IMG/VR virus record: IMGVR_UViG_3300014208_000061
Coordinates: 1 to 47,404 of that record
Strand: one strand, 5' to 3'
Length of the DNA: 47,404 bases
Source: a virus
Lineage: Duplodnaviria > Caudoviricetes
Part shown: positions 1-8,622 of the stretch, piece after piece
Layout: each line of letters starts with the position of its first letter
Numbering within the stretch: position 1 is the first letter of the stretch
Program-made: the position numbers and the translations under genes
The notes under the pieces: generated by a model
What the model was told of the DNA's origin: nothing
What the model saw: the letters and a program-made list of their open reading frames with translations, nothing else
Database searches by the model: none

Positions 1-98
1 GCGAGCGCTGGATCGTTGCTGCGGAACAACTTGTTCAAGAGAAGATTCTTCTCGTTCATCGGCGGTGCATAGACCGTGTATTTTCCTTCTGCTGACAT
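1..98 (-). CDS. hypothetical protein, 5' part only (runs off window)
   Basis: ATG at 98 preceded by GAGGA; open frame MSAEGKYTVYAPPMNEKNLLLNKLFRSNDPAL to window edge. Confidence 0.6.
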   Translation of the reverse strand, partial: MSAEGKYTVYAPPMNEKNLLLNKLFRSNDPAL

Positions 99-124
99 AA
101 TTGTTCCTCAACGATCGTGACTTA

Positions 125-388
125 TCAAAGATTCTTTACAATCTTTTTCAACGCAATTGTTTTCTGCTCGCGAATCTTCGCAAGACGCTTTACGATACGT
201 GCCTCTTCAATTTTAAGAGCCTTCACAAAATCAACATGTTTCGCAAGAGAGTCTGCATATTCATCAGCATCAACCTCTTCGGTTTCTTTTGCTGCCTTTT
301 CGGTGTCCTTCATGTCACCAAATTTTGCAGATTCTTCCTGAATGATTTTTTTCAATAACTGTGTCGTAAGCTTAACTGTAGTCTTCAT
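125..388 (-). CDS. small hypothetical (probable head-associated) protein
   Basis: AGGAG RBS upstream of ATG 388; N-terminal 'KLTTQLLKKIIQEE' motif; acidic middle, coiled-coil C-terminus; lies in head module. Confidence 0.7.
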   Translation of the reverse strand: MKTTVKLTTQLLKKIIQEESAKFGDMKDTEKAAKETEEVDADEYADSLAKHVDFVKALKIEEARIVKRLAKIREQKTIALKKIVKNL

Positions 389-440
389 GCACACTTTCTC
401 CTATGAATAGGTTAACACTAAATAGCAGCGAACTTTAAAG

Positions 441-857
441 TTACGCTATTTTCTTAGTTTGAGTAAACGCTAAATTAGCCCACTGCATAGCGTTACCAAA
501 TATTTCTTCTGGATTACCTTCAAATTGTTCTTGCTGAACAGGACCGGTTGATCCCATCGATTCTAACGTGGGCATACCACGTTCTGCTGATAACATTTGC
601 GGTAGCGTATTGTTAGCGGTGTCAGCAAGTATTGACTCCATGATGTTATCACCACCAGCTACCTGCTTAACAAGATTTTTCATCGCATTTTGTTGTGTAG
701 CTTGAATTGCAGGTCTGTCAAGCACTGGATGATTTAATTGTTTTCGTGGAACGATATTACGAGTTTCTGTCATGTTCGAGGTCGCATTTCCCAAACCTTC
801 AGAAAGAATCTCCAACAAACACTCCTTGACAATTTTCTTCAATTGACCTTTTGTCAT
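441..857 (-). CDS. hypothetical (probable head-associated) protein
   Basis: ORF 441..866; ATG at 857 directly follows def stop; N-terminal MTKGQLKKIVKECLLEILSE. Confidence 0.7.
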   Translation of the reverse strand: MTKGQLKKIVKECLLEILSEGLGNATSNMTETRNIVPRKQLNHPVLDRPAIQATQQNAMKNLVKQVAGGDNIMESILADTANNTLPQMLSAERGMPTLESMGSTGPVQQEQFEGNPEEIFGNAMQWANLAFTQTKKIA

Positions 858-858
858 A

Positions 859-1353
859 TCAGGCAATCCTTCTTGCTAGTGATTTCATGGCAATTTTTCT
901 AGCCAACGGCCCAACCTTGTCGATGATAATTTCACCATTTAGATGATCAATTTCATGTTGAACAATTTTCGATATTTTTCCAGTACAGACAAGACTTTGT
1001 CTGTTGCCGTCAACGTCATCATATTCAACATCACACCAAACATGACGAGCTACCCAAAGCGTTACTCCTGGAATTGAAAGGCAACTTTCTTCAGCGACCT
1101 CTCTTTCGATCGATTTGCTTTTTATCGATGGATTTACCATCGCAATTCGATGAATTTCAGATCCTTCAGATGCATCGATAACGATTATTCGCTTAAGAAC
1201 GCCGACCTGAGGAGCTGCGAGCCCGACGCCCGATGATGAATACATCAGTTCAAACATGTCAGCGATTATTCTTTTCAAACCATCGCCGTACGCGATGACA
1301 TCATCGCATCTTTTATTCAACGTTAAATCAGGGAACGTTACAATGCTTAACAT
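859..1353 (-). CDS. def: peptide deformylase
   Basis: All three PDF motifs: GVGLAAPQVG, ESCLS (canonical EGCLS), QHEIDHLNG. Confidence 0.93.
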   Translation of the reverse strand: MLSIVTFPDLTLNKRCDDVIAYGDGLKRIIADMFELMYSSSGVGLAAPQVGVLKRIIVIDASEGSEIHRIAMVNPSIKSKSIEREVAEESCLSIPGVTLWVARHVWCDVEYDDVDGNRQSLVCTGKISKIVQHEIDHLNGEIIIDKVGPLARKIAMKSLARRIA

Positions 1354-1356
1354 AGT

Positions 1357-1767
1357 TCAACCAACACCCAACCAACCAGCGTCTCCATTTGACAATGTTT
1401 CAGATAACAATGGCATCACAGATGCGTCTATGTTAGTCAGTCCAGCGCATACGCTAAAAGGTGGATTTCCTGTTTCGCCTTGCAAATAAATTGATTTAAC
1501 TCGAAGCTCAAGCGTTTCTGACTTACCGCCGTTAAGAATGTACTTGTTGTTGGACGACACGACGCCGCGTCTTGTAAATCCAAACGACAACGTATTTGTT
1601 GTTGTCGTATCTCTGTTATAAACGGTGATGAATCGTGTTAATTTCGGAAAATCGTACCTAACAGGAGAACTTGCTGACGGCGCTGTTGATGAAGTTACCC
1701 AAGGTAATGCCGATGACTGAAATTCAGCTGCATATCCCATACCACCTTTTGGATTGTCAAGTGCCAT
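1357..1767 (-). CDS. hypothetical virion protein
   Basis: 136 aa ORF with GGAG RBS, beta-rich composition, in head gene operon. Confidence 0.65.
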   Translation of the reverse strand: MALDNPKGGMGYAAEFQSSALPWVTSSTAPSASSPVRYDFPKLTRFITVYNRDTTTTNTLSFGFTRRGVVSSNNKYILNGGKSETLELRVKSIYLQGETGNPPFSVCAGLTNIDASVMPLLSETLSNGDAGWLGVG

Positions 1768-1831
1768 TTGTCAATTTCTCCACATTCATGATGTCTTTGT
1801 AAATTAAAACGTTCGTCAATTTCATTTTAGA

Positions 1832-2443
1832 TCACTTGATAATTTCATTCAAAAGTCTATCGATCCTATCTGACTTCGTAAAGATACGTTTTAGGTCTAA
1901 GATATTGAATTCTTTACCTTCTGGTATCATAAATGCACCGGACGTCGATGGTTCCGATACAACGTCCCAACAAATTAACTGAAAATCATCGGCAACAACC
2001 TGATAATCACCTTGCTTTTTTGTTGAACCAACTCCTCTTGACGAGATGCCAATCTTAACGCCCGACTCGACTAAACCCTTTAGGATTGCCCCTGATGGAG
2101 TTTTATGAAGAACTTCAATCGATCCATAGACAACACCTTTCTCGATGTACGCCTCTCTTACGATATGAGAAACATTCTTCAAACTCACCACACTTTCCGG
2201 TGGATGATCAAGTTCACCCATCGCCCTATTTTCTAGGATAAATTTCTGATAATTTCGAACTTCACGTTCCAATACATGTAATGGATACACACGACCGTTC
2301 TGATTCAGAACATCAGCTTTCTGAAGGATTCCCTTCATCATGATTTTACCGTCTGATTTATCAGCGTCGGTCGCTTCATTCAATTTGATGACTTCATAAT
2401 CGAATGTTTGATATGAGTCTATGATCTTAAATTTTGCGCTCAT
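1832..2443 (-). CDS. prohead core protease (T4 gp21-like)
   Basis: NQNGRVYP, GELDHP (catalytic His), ISSRGVGS (catalytic Ser), WDVVSEPST; two genes downstream of portal. Confidence 0.92.
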   Translation of the reverse strand: MSAKFKIIDSYQTFDYEVIKLNEATDADKSDGKIMMKGILQKADVLNQNGRVYPLHVLEREVRNYQKFILENRAMGELDHPPESVVSLKNVSHIVREAYIEKGVVYGSIEVLHKTPSGAILKGLVESGVKIGISSRGVGSTKKQGDYQVVADDFQLICWDVVSEPSTSGAFMIPEGKEFNILDLKRIFTKSDRIDRLLNEIIK

Positions 2444-3315
2444 GTCAATTTCCCGCCTTCATCATCAGGGGACATAATTTCATCTATGAGTTTAATGTAC
2501 AACATGTACCTTGAAACCATGTCATCATTGACTGAATGATTACTTTCGTTAAGTAGGTTATCCTTGACGGAATTTAACTTTGAACCCACATACTCGGGGC
2601 ACGAAGTGTCACCTGAATATTCATCAATCGCGGATATTAGAGACTGTTTAATCTCATGTAATTTATTCTCGATGGTCGCAGGGTCATCGTTAACGGCAGA
2701 ATAAGCGTATGCTTTCAAAAGTTCTTTTTGTTGCTTGTTCAATGATGTCGAATATTTTTCATTCAATTTCGACATCATCACCTTCATCAATAATCTACCG
2801 GAGCCTTGTGTGGTTGATGAAATGCCCGCGTCGGCGGCTTGCTTTTTTTCCGACAAAAGCCATGATAAAACTGAGTCCTCGTGTTCGGCAAGTTTTTGAA
2901 GATCGCATGAAGGATTTCTCCATTCACCGATCATTGAATCTATCGTTGCATACATCCTGTAATCATCTACATGTTGATCGTAAAAATGATCATCATTCAC
3001 ACCGTAATTGATGTTTCTTATCAATAGAGATTTTTCACGATCAAGTTTTTTTGCATCGATCGTCATAGCATGCGTTCGAGCTTCTTTTATGATCGATGCG
3101 GCAGTTGATGGAGCCTGAATTGTTGTCTTCATCAAAGAGTTGATGAGACGAAATTCACGGTATAACTCAGTTCCAGGTTTAAAGTGTCGTTTTATCAACT
3201 TCAATGCCTTGCTAGAAAGTTTCTTATCGTTCTCAATCAACGATTTTGAAATGCTTCTAACAAGAAACTCGTACAACAAACCTGTATTTCTTTTCTTTTT
3301 ATGTGAACTTGACAT
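2440..3315 (-). CDS. hypothetical protein between portal and prohead protease
   Basis: ORF 2440..3339; likely start ATG 3315 just after portal stop; ATGA overlap with protease; helical protein starting HKKKRNTGLLYEFL. Confidence 0.75.
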   Translation of the reverse strand: MSSSHKKKRNTGLLYEFLVRSISKSLIENDKKLSSKALKLIKRHFKPGTELYREFRLINSLMKTTIQAPSTAASIIKEARTHAMTIDAKKLDREKSLLIRNINYGVNDDHFYDQHVDDYRMYATIDSMIGEWRNPSCDLQKLAEHEDSVLSWLLSEKKQAADAGISSTTQGSGRLLMKVMMSKLNEKYSTSLNKQQKELLKAYAYSAVNDDPATIENKLHEIKQSLISAIDEYSGDTSCPEYVGSKLNSVKDNLLNESNHSVNDDMVSRYMLYIKLIDEIMSPDDEGGKLT

Positions 3316-3319
3316 TTGG

Positions 3320-6300
3320 TCAATCCTCTTGAGGATCATTAAAATCGTCCTCGACGATAACTAATTCATTCTCGTTAAGATCATCGTAAGAATCATCAGA
3401 TTCTAAAATCGAATCATCAATATCGTCCATCGATTCACTCAATAATGAATTACGTGATTCGATTGAACCAAATTTATTTGTGAAATTTTTCAACATCGAT
3501 AAAACATCAGGTGCTAAACCAAATTTTTCAATTGTCACCGATTCGCCCAAAGGGTTCGTATGCAATGACTTTAAGAAATCATCATCATATACATTTTTTG
3601 AAGTTTTGCGATCGTAACCCGTCATCTTGTTAAAATCTGGCATGTGTGTTTTTGATGCACCATGAGTTCGACGGCGAGAATGATTGTATTGTGAATGCTT
3701 GATTCTAGCGTTCGGTTTAACAGGATCACCGTCATTATCATTGATTCGATATCCTTCAAACTCATCATCAGCTGACGTAAGCAGCGAAACGCCTGGTTCG
3801 TCTAGTTCCTCAGGTTCGTCTGCGGCTGTTTCTGCAGGGGGTTGTTCTTCACCTGAATCTGTTGGTTCTTCATCACCCATAGGCTCGTCAAAACCACCAC
3901 CGCCGCCGAATAAATCAGCACCGCCACCGGCGTCACCTCCCTCTCCACCTCCGCCAGCCTCCAATTTGTCATTGAACGCCTTTTCATCAATCCTTTGTGA
4001 CTTTATGTTATTGATTTGATCGGTATTCAAACCCCAAATTTCTCTCTGAACAAATTCTGCGCTGCCCATATTTTCTGGCATTAGCCCACCAATATCGAAC
4101 TTTGTTCTCCAGAGTTCGAGTTTTTGTTGTTGGGCGACTGTCGATGGATTTGACAATCTAAGAACAAAGTTTTGAAGATCATCGCCAGAAAATCCATTTG
4201 CAAAAAGATGGATGATTGCGATTTTGTTCAATTCAGAAATAACTGTTTTCTGAATTACGTTAACGGTGCGTGACAACCTGATATCAAGCTGAGCTAGTGT
4301 GCTTTTGGATGACAATGATTCATCGAATCCCAAATACGCACGAGGAATTTTTAATGCAGCTATTAACTTTTTCTGAATGTATGCAACGTCCTCAACGGCA
4401 GCAGTGTTCTGTCCACCTGACAGTGTGTCGATTTTTGTGCCCGTTTCAGTCCCTCTTACACCGATGAAGAAGTCCTCAAGAATTGAGATTGGATTGTGTC
4501 TAAGATCAACCCTTCCAGATTCCCTGTCAACAACCTCGGATGTTCTTAATTTGGCCTTTTGCTCTTCCATGTACGGTTCAATTTCGTTCGCTGGAAGATT
4601 TCCCACATCGATGTAAAACACCCGGCGTTCGGGTGCTCGTACAACGCGGTACACCAACATTGCGTCCTCGGCAAGAATCAATTGTCTCCAAACACGCCTA
4701 GCAGCCTCAATCATTGATGTTCCATATGGAAGAAACATATCATTTCCGAGCAAGCGGAGATGAGCAACTTCCCAATTTTCCATCGTTCTATTTCCGAGCG
4801 TCACCCATCTAAACCTAACTGCGAATGGGTCGCCAGGATCGAAATTTTCCTCACGCTCAATTTCATTCACCGGTATTGGAAATACGTTTGAAACACCAAA
4901 ATTTGGAGAAACGTCAATTAGCAGAAATTGATCACCGTACTTACAATTTGATGAAATAATTCCGCTACTTGATAAATTACCGGACGCGTCAATTGTTAAA
5001 ACTGCAAAATTGTGCCTGTCGTGTTCACCATTTGGTCCTAACACTTCCATGCAATAAACATCGCTAGTTTCAGTTAACTTTTCAATGCGATTAACCTTAT
5101 GATTCTTATAATCATAACGTGCTAATGTCGAAGACGTAATATTCCGCATACGTCGACTTCTTTTTTCAGCACGTTTAAATTTAGACGTACTTGCTATCGT
5201 TTGAACTCGAGTGGCAATCAAATCAATGTACGATTCAATTCCAACATATCGTAAAAGAGACGTAATTCCGCTGCTTGAATTGAAAGGCTTTGTTAAATCG
5301 CGTTTAGTACCAACGTTAATACTCTTAAAATATGACATGAAAACTTCATCAGCTTTCAATTTGGTGCCTAACGTTGAAGGATTTACGTATTCTCCAAGCG
5401 TTTCAAGACGTTCAACTATCATATCAACGCATCTTAAGTCAAACTTAATCTTAAGTGCTGCGCGGCGTTGTGTTGCACCGTTTGTCCACACGTCTTTCAA
5501 TAATTGACTTCGTTTTTCATTATCAAATTTTGCCTGTTCAGATGAATTGTAATCGTTCCACGAAGTTTTCATCAAACCTTTTTTTTGTAACGATTTCAAC
5601 TGTTGTTTTGCAAGTGTACGATGTCTGTCAGATCTTAGCCAAGTATCAATGCCAATCATTCGTTTAGCTTTTACTTCTGGCGTTTGCAACAAATTTTTTC
5701 CTAGCTCGCCATGCATTTTCAAGTGTTCTAATTCATCAACTCTAACAAGATTTGATGGATCATTATTGCGCTTGTTAAAATCTTTGTGATGTGTAACAAG
5801 CCAGCGACCATCTTTTAGAACGCCTTCATCTAATATTTCTGCAACTCGACGGTGTGTATACACGTAGCTATTTGAACTTGCGTCATATACACGTTCATAA
5901 CCATTCAATTTATCTCCATTTGATTTAGATGAAACATCACGATAGAAAGGCATCAAGCTTTCACCGATTTGAAGATGTTGTGCTTGCTTTCTAGAGCCGT
6001 CTCTTAACACCCATTCATGATCAGGTGTACAGTCTACGTAAGTTTCATCATCCAGCCATATTCTGACTATTTCTGAATTCTTCCGCGTCAAACCACACCA
6101 ATTCACCTTTCCAGGTACAGTTCGATTCGATACTTCTTGTGTTGAATACACCCAATTTTGTTTTCCATCATCAAATTCATGTGCCAATTGTTCAATTGTT
6201 ATGTTACGTCCATCTAACAATGGAATCATCGTGTCTTTATGAACTGGAAGATTTCTGACCCATGCTCGAAGATTGAATTCAACGTTTAATGTCCCGTAGA

Positions 6301-7795
6301 ACAAATCTTCAAGAAGTTCCTTGATTTTTTCATTATCAGAATAAACGTGAAGGACACGACCTTTTTCATCTTGAGCAACTGATTCGTCAGCCCAAAGATC
6401 CAAAGCTGCACTTATTTCCGGCGTATTATGTGATATAACAGAATCTGTCGAAAAATTCTTATAACCATCGACAGTCAAGTCATAAAGAGGCATCACACCA
6501 ACGTATTCAACGCTCACAACCTTATGATTATTGAAATTTTCTGCAAATTCTTTGTATGACGAAAATCCTTGTGAACGTAATCGATTCAACACCTTGGTTG
6601 AAGTTGTGTTCAACTTTGCTGATAATTCTTTTACTTTAAGTCCAGGTGTAAAATTCTTTGCAATCAAATCGAACGTTAACGTATGATCAAAACGTGGATT
6701 TAACTTTCCTTTGTTACACCAGGAATCAGATCGCCATTGTGGATTATATGCCTTAGCAAACGTTTCAAAATTTTTGAAACCATTTTGCTGCAGTCGATTT
6801 GTGATCGCTGTCATGCTAACATCGAGAGCGTTGCACAATAATGTTGTGTTAAATCCAACGCGTTCACACGTTTCCAACACACGACCGAACGTTATGTCGT
6901 GACGTGTTGCAGGATTATTTTCTTTCATCCATTCCGAATGATTTGCCTTGAATGTTTTAATCCAATCGGAATTTTCTTGTGACCACTTTTTACCATTCAA
7001 AATTTTTGCATGAAATCTTTGATGTTCAAGTGCATCCATAACAACAAGATTTTCAGGTCGATTGTCTGCTCTGTTGAAATTAACATGATGCACAACTTCA
7101 TTATCAGCAAGAGATCGTTGCATGATCCACTCGCCCATAACCCTATGTTCTGTCACCCAACCACGATGGCTAGAATTTTTATCCATCGTGTATATCCAAT
7201 TGTAATCGTTTTCTTTTTCTTCACCTTTTTTTGCGTAAAGATCACGCCTGTAGAAAGGCATCATCGAATCACCGATTTTCAGATCACCTATGGTGCAATA
7301 GGTTCCATCGCGGAGCATCAAACGATGATTCGAAGTTCCAGTGATAGATTTTCCACTATCAAATGTTACCTTCCAGGCATCGGTTACTACCGTTTGTCTT
7401 GCCTGTTTTCCAAGCGCAGGCACGATCTTTTTTTCATTATGATCGTATGCATATACTACGAACTTCTTGTCAGGATCCTTGTCACAATCTGCTGCCAGGT
7501 CGTCGATTCTTCGATAACCTCCAGGTACTGCGATGAGTGTGTCACCTGATAAACATAACTCCATTTCAACAAAATCTTGGAACCTCGCAAGACGTTCCGA
7601 AATGTTATACGCGTTCGCAGTTATTGTTGAATATGTTGGCGATTGTGACTTCTGAAGCAATAACGCTGCGGAAGATTTTTCACGATCAGGAACAGCAACA
7701 GTTGTATCGGTCGTCCTAATTTTACGACGAATTACTGGTCCCGATCTGAACAATTGCGTTAAACGCTGAAATAAACTCTTCTTTGAAAGTGCCAT
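3320..7795 (-). CDS. portal vertex protein (T4 gp20-like) precursor containing two inteins
   Basis: Exteins read ...DFVEMEL|TPEISAALDLWADE...NLRAWVRNL|CKYGDQF...EDAMLVYRVVRAPERRVFYIDVGNLP...TKIDTLSGGQN; spliced length 1491-377-434 = 680 aa. Confidence 0.93.
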   Translation of the reverse strand: MALSKKSLFQRLTQLFRSGPVIRRKIRTTDTTVAVPDREKSSAALLLQKSQSPTYSTITANAYNISERLARFQDFVEMELCLSGDTLIAVPGGYRRIDDLAADCDKDPDKKFVVYAYDHNEKKIVPALGKQARQTVVTDAWKVTFDSGKSITGTSNHRLMLRDGTYCTIGDLKIGDSMMPFYRRDLYAKKGEEKENDYNWIYTMDKNSSHRGWVTEHRVMGEWIMQRSLADNEVVHHVNFNRADNRPENLVVMDALEHQRFHAKILNGKKWSQENSDWIKTFKANHSEWMKENNPATRHDITFGRVLETCERVGFNTTLLCNALDVSMTAITNRLQQNGFKNFETFAKAYNPQWRSDSWCNKGKLNPRFDHTLTFDLIAKNFTPGLKVKELSAKLNTTSTKVLNRLRSQGFSSYKEFAENFNNHKVVSVEYVGVMPLYDLTVDGYKNFSTDSVISHNTPEISAALDLWADESVAQDEKGRVLHVYSDNEKIKELLEDLFYGTLNVEFNLRAWVRNLPVHKDTMIPLLDGRNITIEQLAHEFDDGKQNWVYSTQEVSNRTVPGKVNWCGLTRKNSEIVRIWLDDETYVDCTPDHEWVLRDGSRKQAQHLQIGESLMPFYRDVSSKSNGDKLNGYERVYDASSNSYVYTHRRVAEILDEGVLKDGRWLVTHHKDFNKRNNDPSNLVRVDELEHLKMHGELGKNLLQTPEVKAKRMIGIDTWLRSDRHRTLAKQQLKSLQKKGLMKTSWNDYNSSEQAKFDNEKRSQLLKDVWTNGATQRRAALKIKFDLRCVDMIVERLETLGEYVNPSTLGTKLKADEVFMSYFKSINVGTKRDLTKPFNSSSGITSLLRYVGIESYIDLIATRVQTIASTSKFKRAEKRSRRMRNITSSTLARYDYKNHKVNRIEKLTETSDVYCMEVLGPNGEHDRHNFAVLTIDASGNLSSSGIISSNCKYGDQFLLIDVSPNFGVSNVFPIPVNEIEREENFDPGDPFAVRFRWVTLGNRTMENWEVAHLRLLGNDMFLPYGTSMIEAARRVWRQLILAEDAMLVYRVVRAPERRVFYIDVGNLPANEIEPYMEEQKAKLRTSEVVDRESGRVDLRHNPISILEDFFIGVRGTETGTKIDTLSGGQNTAAVEDVAYIQKKLIAALKIPRAYLGFDESLSSKSTLAQLDIRLSRTVNVIQKTVISELNKIAIIHLFANGFSGDDLQNFVLRLSNPSTVAQQQKLELWRTKFDIGGLMPENMGSAEFVQREIWGLNTDQINNIKSQRIDEKAFNDKLEAGGGGEGGDAGGGADLFGGGGGFDEPMGDEEPTDSGEEQPPAETAADEPEELDEPGVSLLTSADDEFEGYRINDNDGDPVKPNARIKHSQYNHSRRRTHGASKTHMPDFNKMTGYDRKTSKNVYDDDFLKSLHTNPLGESVTIEKFGLAPDVLSMLKNFTNKFGSIESRNSLLSESMDDIDDSILESDDSYDDLNENELVIVEDDFNDPQED
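4946..6247 (-). mobile_element. intein 2 in portal (class 3-like, Pro1, HNH homing endonuclease), 434 aa
   Basis: Starts PVHKDTMIPLLDG; block B CTPDHEW; HNH THRRVA...HHKDFNKRNNDPSNL; block F VYCMEV; ends GIISSN before Cys+1. Confidence 0.85.
6425..7555 (-). mobile_element. intein 1 in portal (class 1, HNH homing endonuclease), 377 aa
   Basis: Starts CLSGDTLI; block B TSNH; HNH HRVMGE...VHHVNFNRADNRPENL; block F LYDLTV; ends VISHN before Thr+1. Confidence 0.92.
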
Positions 7796-7797
7796 AT

Positions 7798-7863
7798 TAT
7801 TTTGTTCGTATGAATGTTGATGTATTGTTAACTAACAACGTCAACGTATCTACGAACAAAATA
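7798..7863 (-). promoter_or_regulatory. long hairpin immediately upstream of portal start, with TAGTTA at its apex
   Basis: Perfect 13-bp inverted repeat TATTTTGTTCGTA (7798-7810)/TACGAACAAAATA (7851-7863), inner imperfect stems TGTTGATG/CGTCAACG and TTGTTA/TAACAA; ends 2 nt before ATG 7795. Confidence 0.7.
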
Positions 7864-7871
7864 CAACATGC

Positions 7872-8177
7872 TCAGCTTTTAATCGGCTTTAAAGAGACTA
7901 CCTTCGGTTCTTTTTTCTGCTTTTGAACGTACGATGAAGGAGAATTAACCATGTCCTCTAGGATTTGCTGCAGTGATGAAAGATGAGGTGTAACAGCATT
8001 TACTGCCGCGGGTGTTGCCGACGCTGAAAATCCTTCGACTGCTGACAATAGTTTGCTAGCAGCTGTTACAATATCCTTTACGGCATTGTGATCAACGGTT
8101 TCTTTTATGCTTTTCAGTTCAGATTGAACAATATTTCTAACGTCATCGATGCTGATGCTGTGGGTTACTTTCTTCAT
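7872..8177 (-). CDS. hypothetical protein
   Basis: 101 aa ORF, AGGGA RBS, between terminase and portal; N-terminal ISIDDVRNIVQSEL. Confidence 0.7.
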   Translation of the reverse strand: MKKVTHSISIDDVRNIVQSELKSIKETVDHNAVKDIVTAASKLLSAVEGFSASATPAAVNAVTPHLSSLQQILEDMVNSPSSYVQKQKKEPKVVSLKPIKS

Positions 8178-8196
8178 CTGAATCCCTTTGTGTTAA

Positions 8197-8595
8197 TTAT
8201 CTGTACAACCAACTAAAATCACCTATTGCGTTACGTCTTACTTGTGTATGATCACGTGGTCTATGCACAGTTCGAGGATCAATACCGGTTTTTGAAACGC
8301 CCAAAAGCGCTCGATTGCTAACAACACCAGGAACTTGTTCTGAGGAAGTTTTTGCAAGGCTTGTTGCCCCAAGAAGAGCACGAGTAAACTCGGCTCCCGT
8401 AGATGAATCAGATGAAACACCCTCTATCAACCATGTACCAATTGCAAGACTGATGATTAGATCATCATTGCTACCTTTTGCAGCTGATGCTTTATTTCCT
8501 TGCCATACGAATGTTTGAAGTTGATCGTACAAACGTTGAGAATGAACCTTTATGATTCTATTACGAAATAATTCCTCTAACTTGGGAAGGATCAA
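8197..8595 (-). CDS. terminase large subunit, C-terminal part (in frame with 8623..9798 across a single TGA)
   Basis: QLQTFVW...GSNDDLIISLAIG carries the last nuclease Asp motif; same frame as upstream ORF, linked by FATSVRTRQ. Confidence 0.8.
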   Translation of the reverse strand: MILPKLEELFRNRIIKVHSQRLYDQLQTFVWQGNKASAAKGSNDDLIISLAIGTWLIEGVSSDSSTGAEFTRALLGATSLAKTSSEQVPGVVSNRALLGVSKTGIDPRTVHRPRDHTQVRRNAIGDFSWLYR

Positions 8596-8622
8596 TTGCC
8601 GCGTTCTAACGCTGGTAGCGAA

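Noticed and set aside
1-2443. Major capsid protein
   Set aside because: No ORF of suitable size or motif in the window; by gene order it probably lies beyond the left edge.
3684-4019. Pro/Ser-rich plus-strand ORF
   Set aside because: Antisense shadow of the Gly/Glu-rich portal tail.
7010-7549. 179-aa plus-strand ORF (and similar antisense ORFs such as 31227..31697, 41688..42107, 46147..46608)
   Set aside because: Fully overlap well-supported genes on the opposite strand and show no recognisable motifs.
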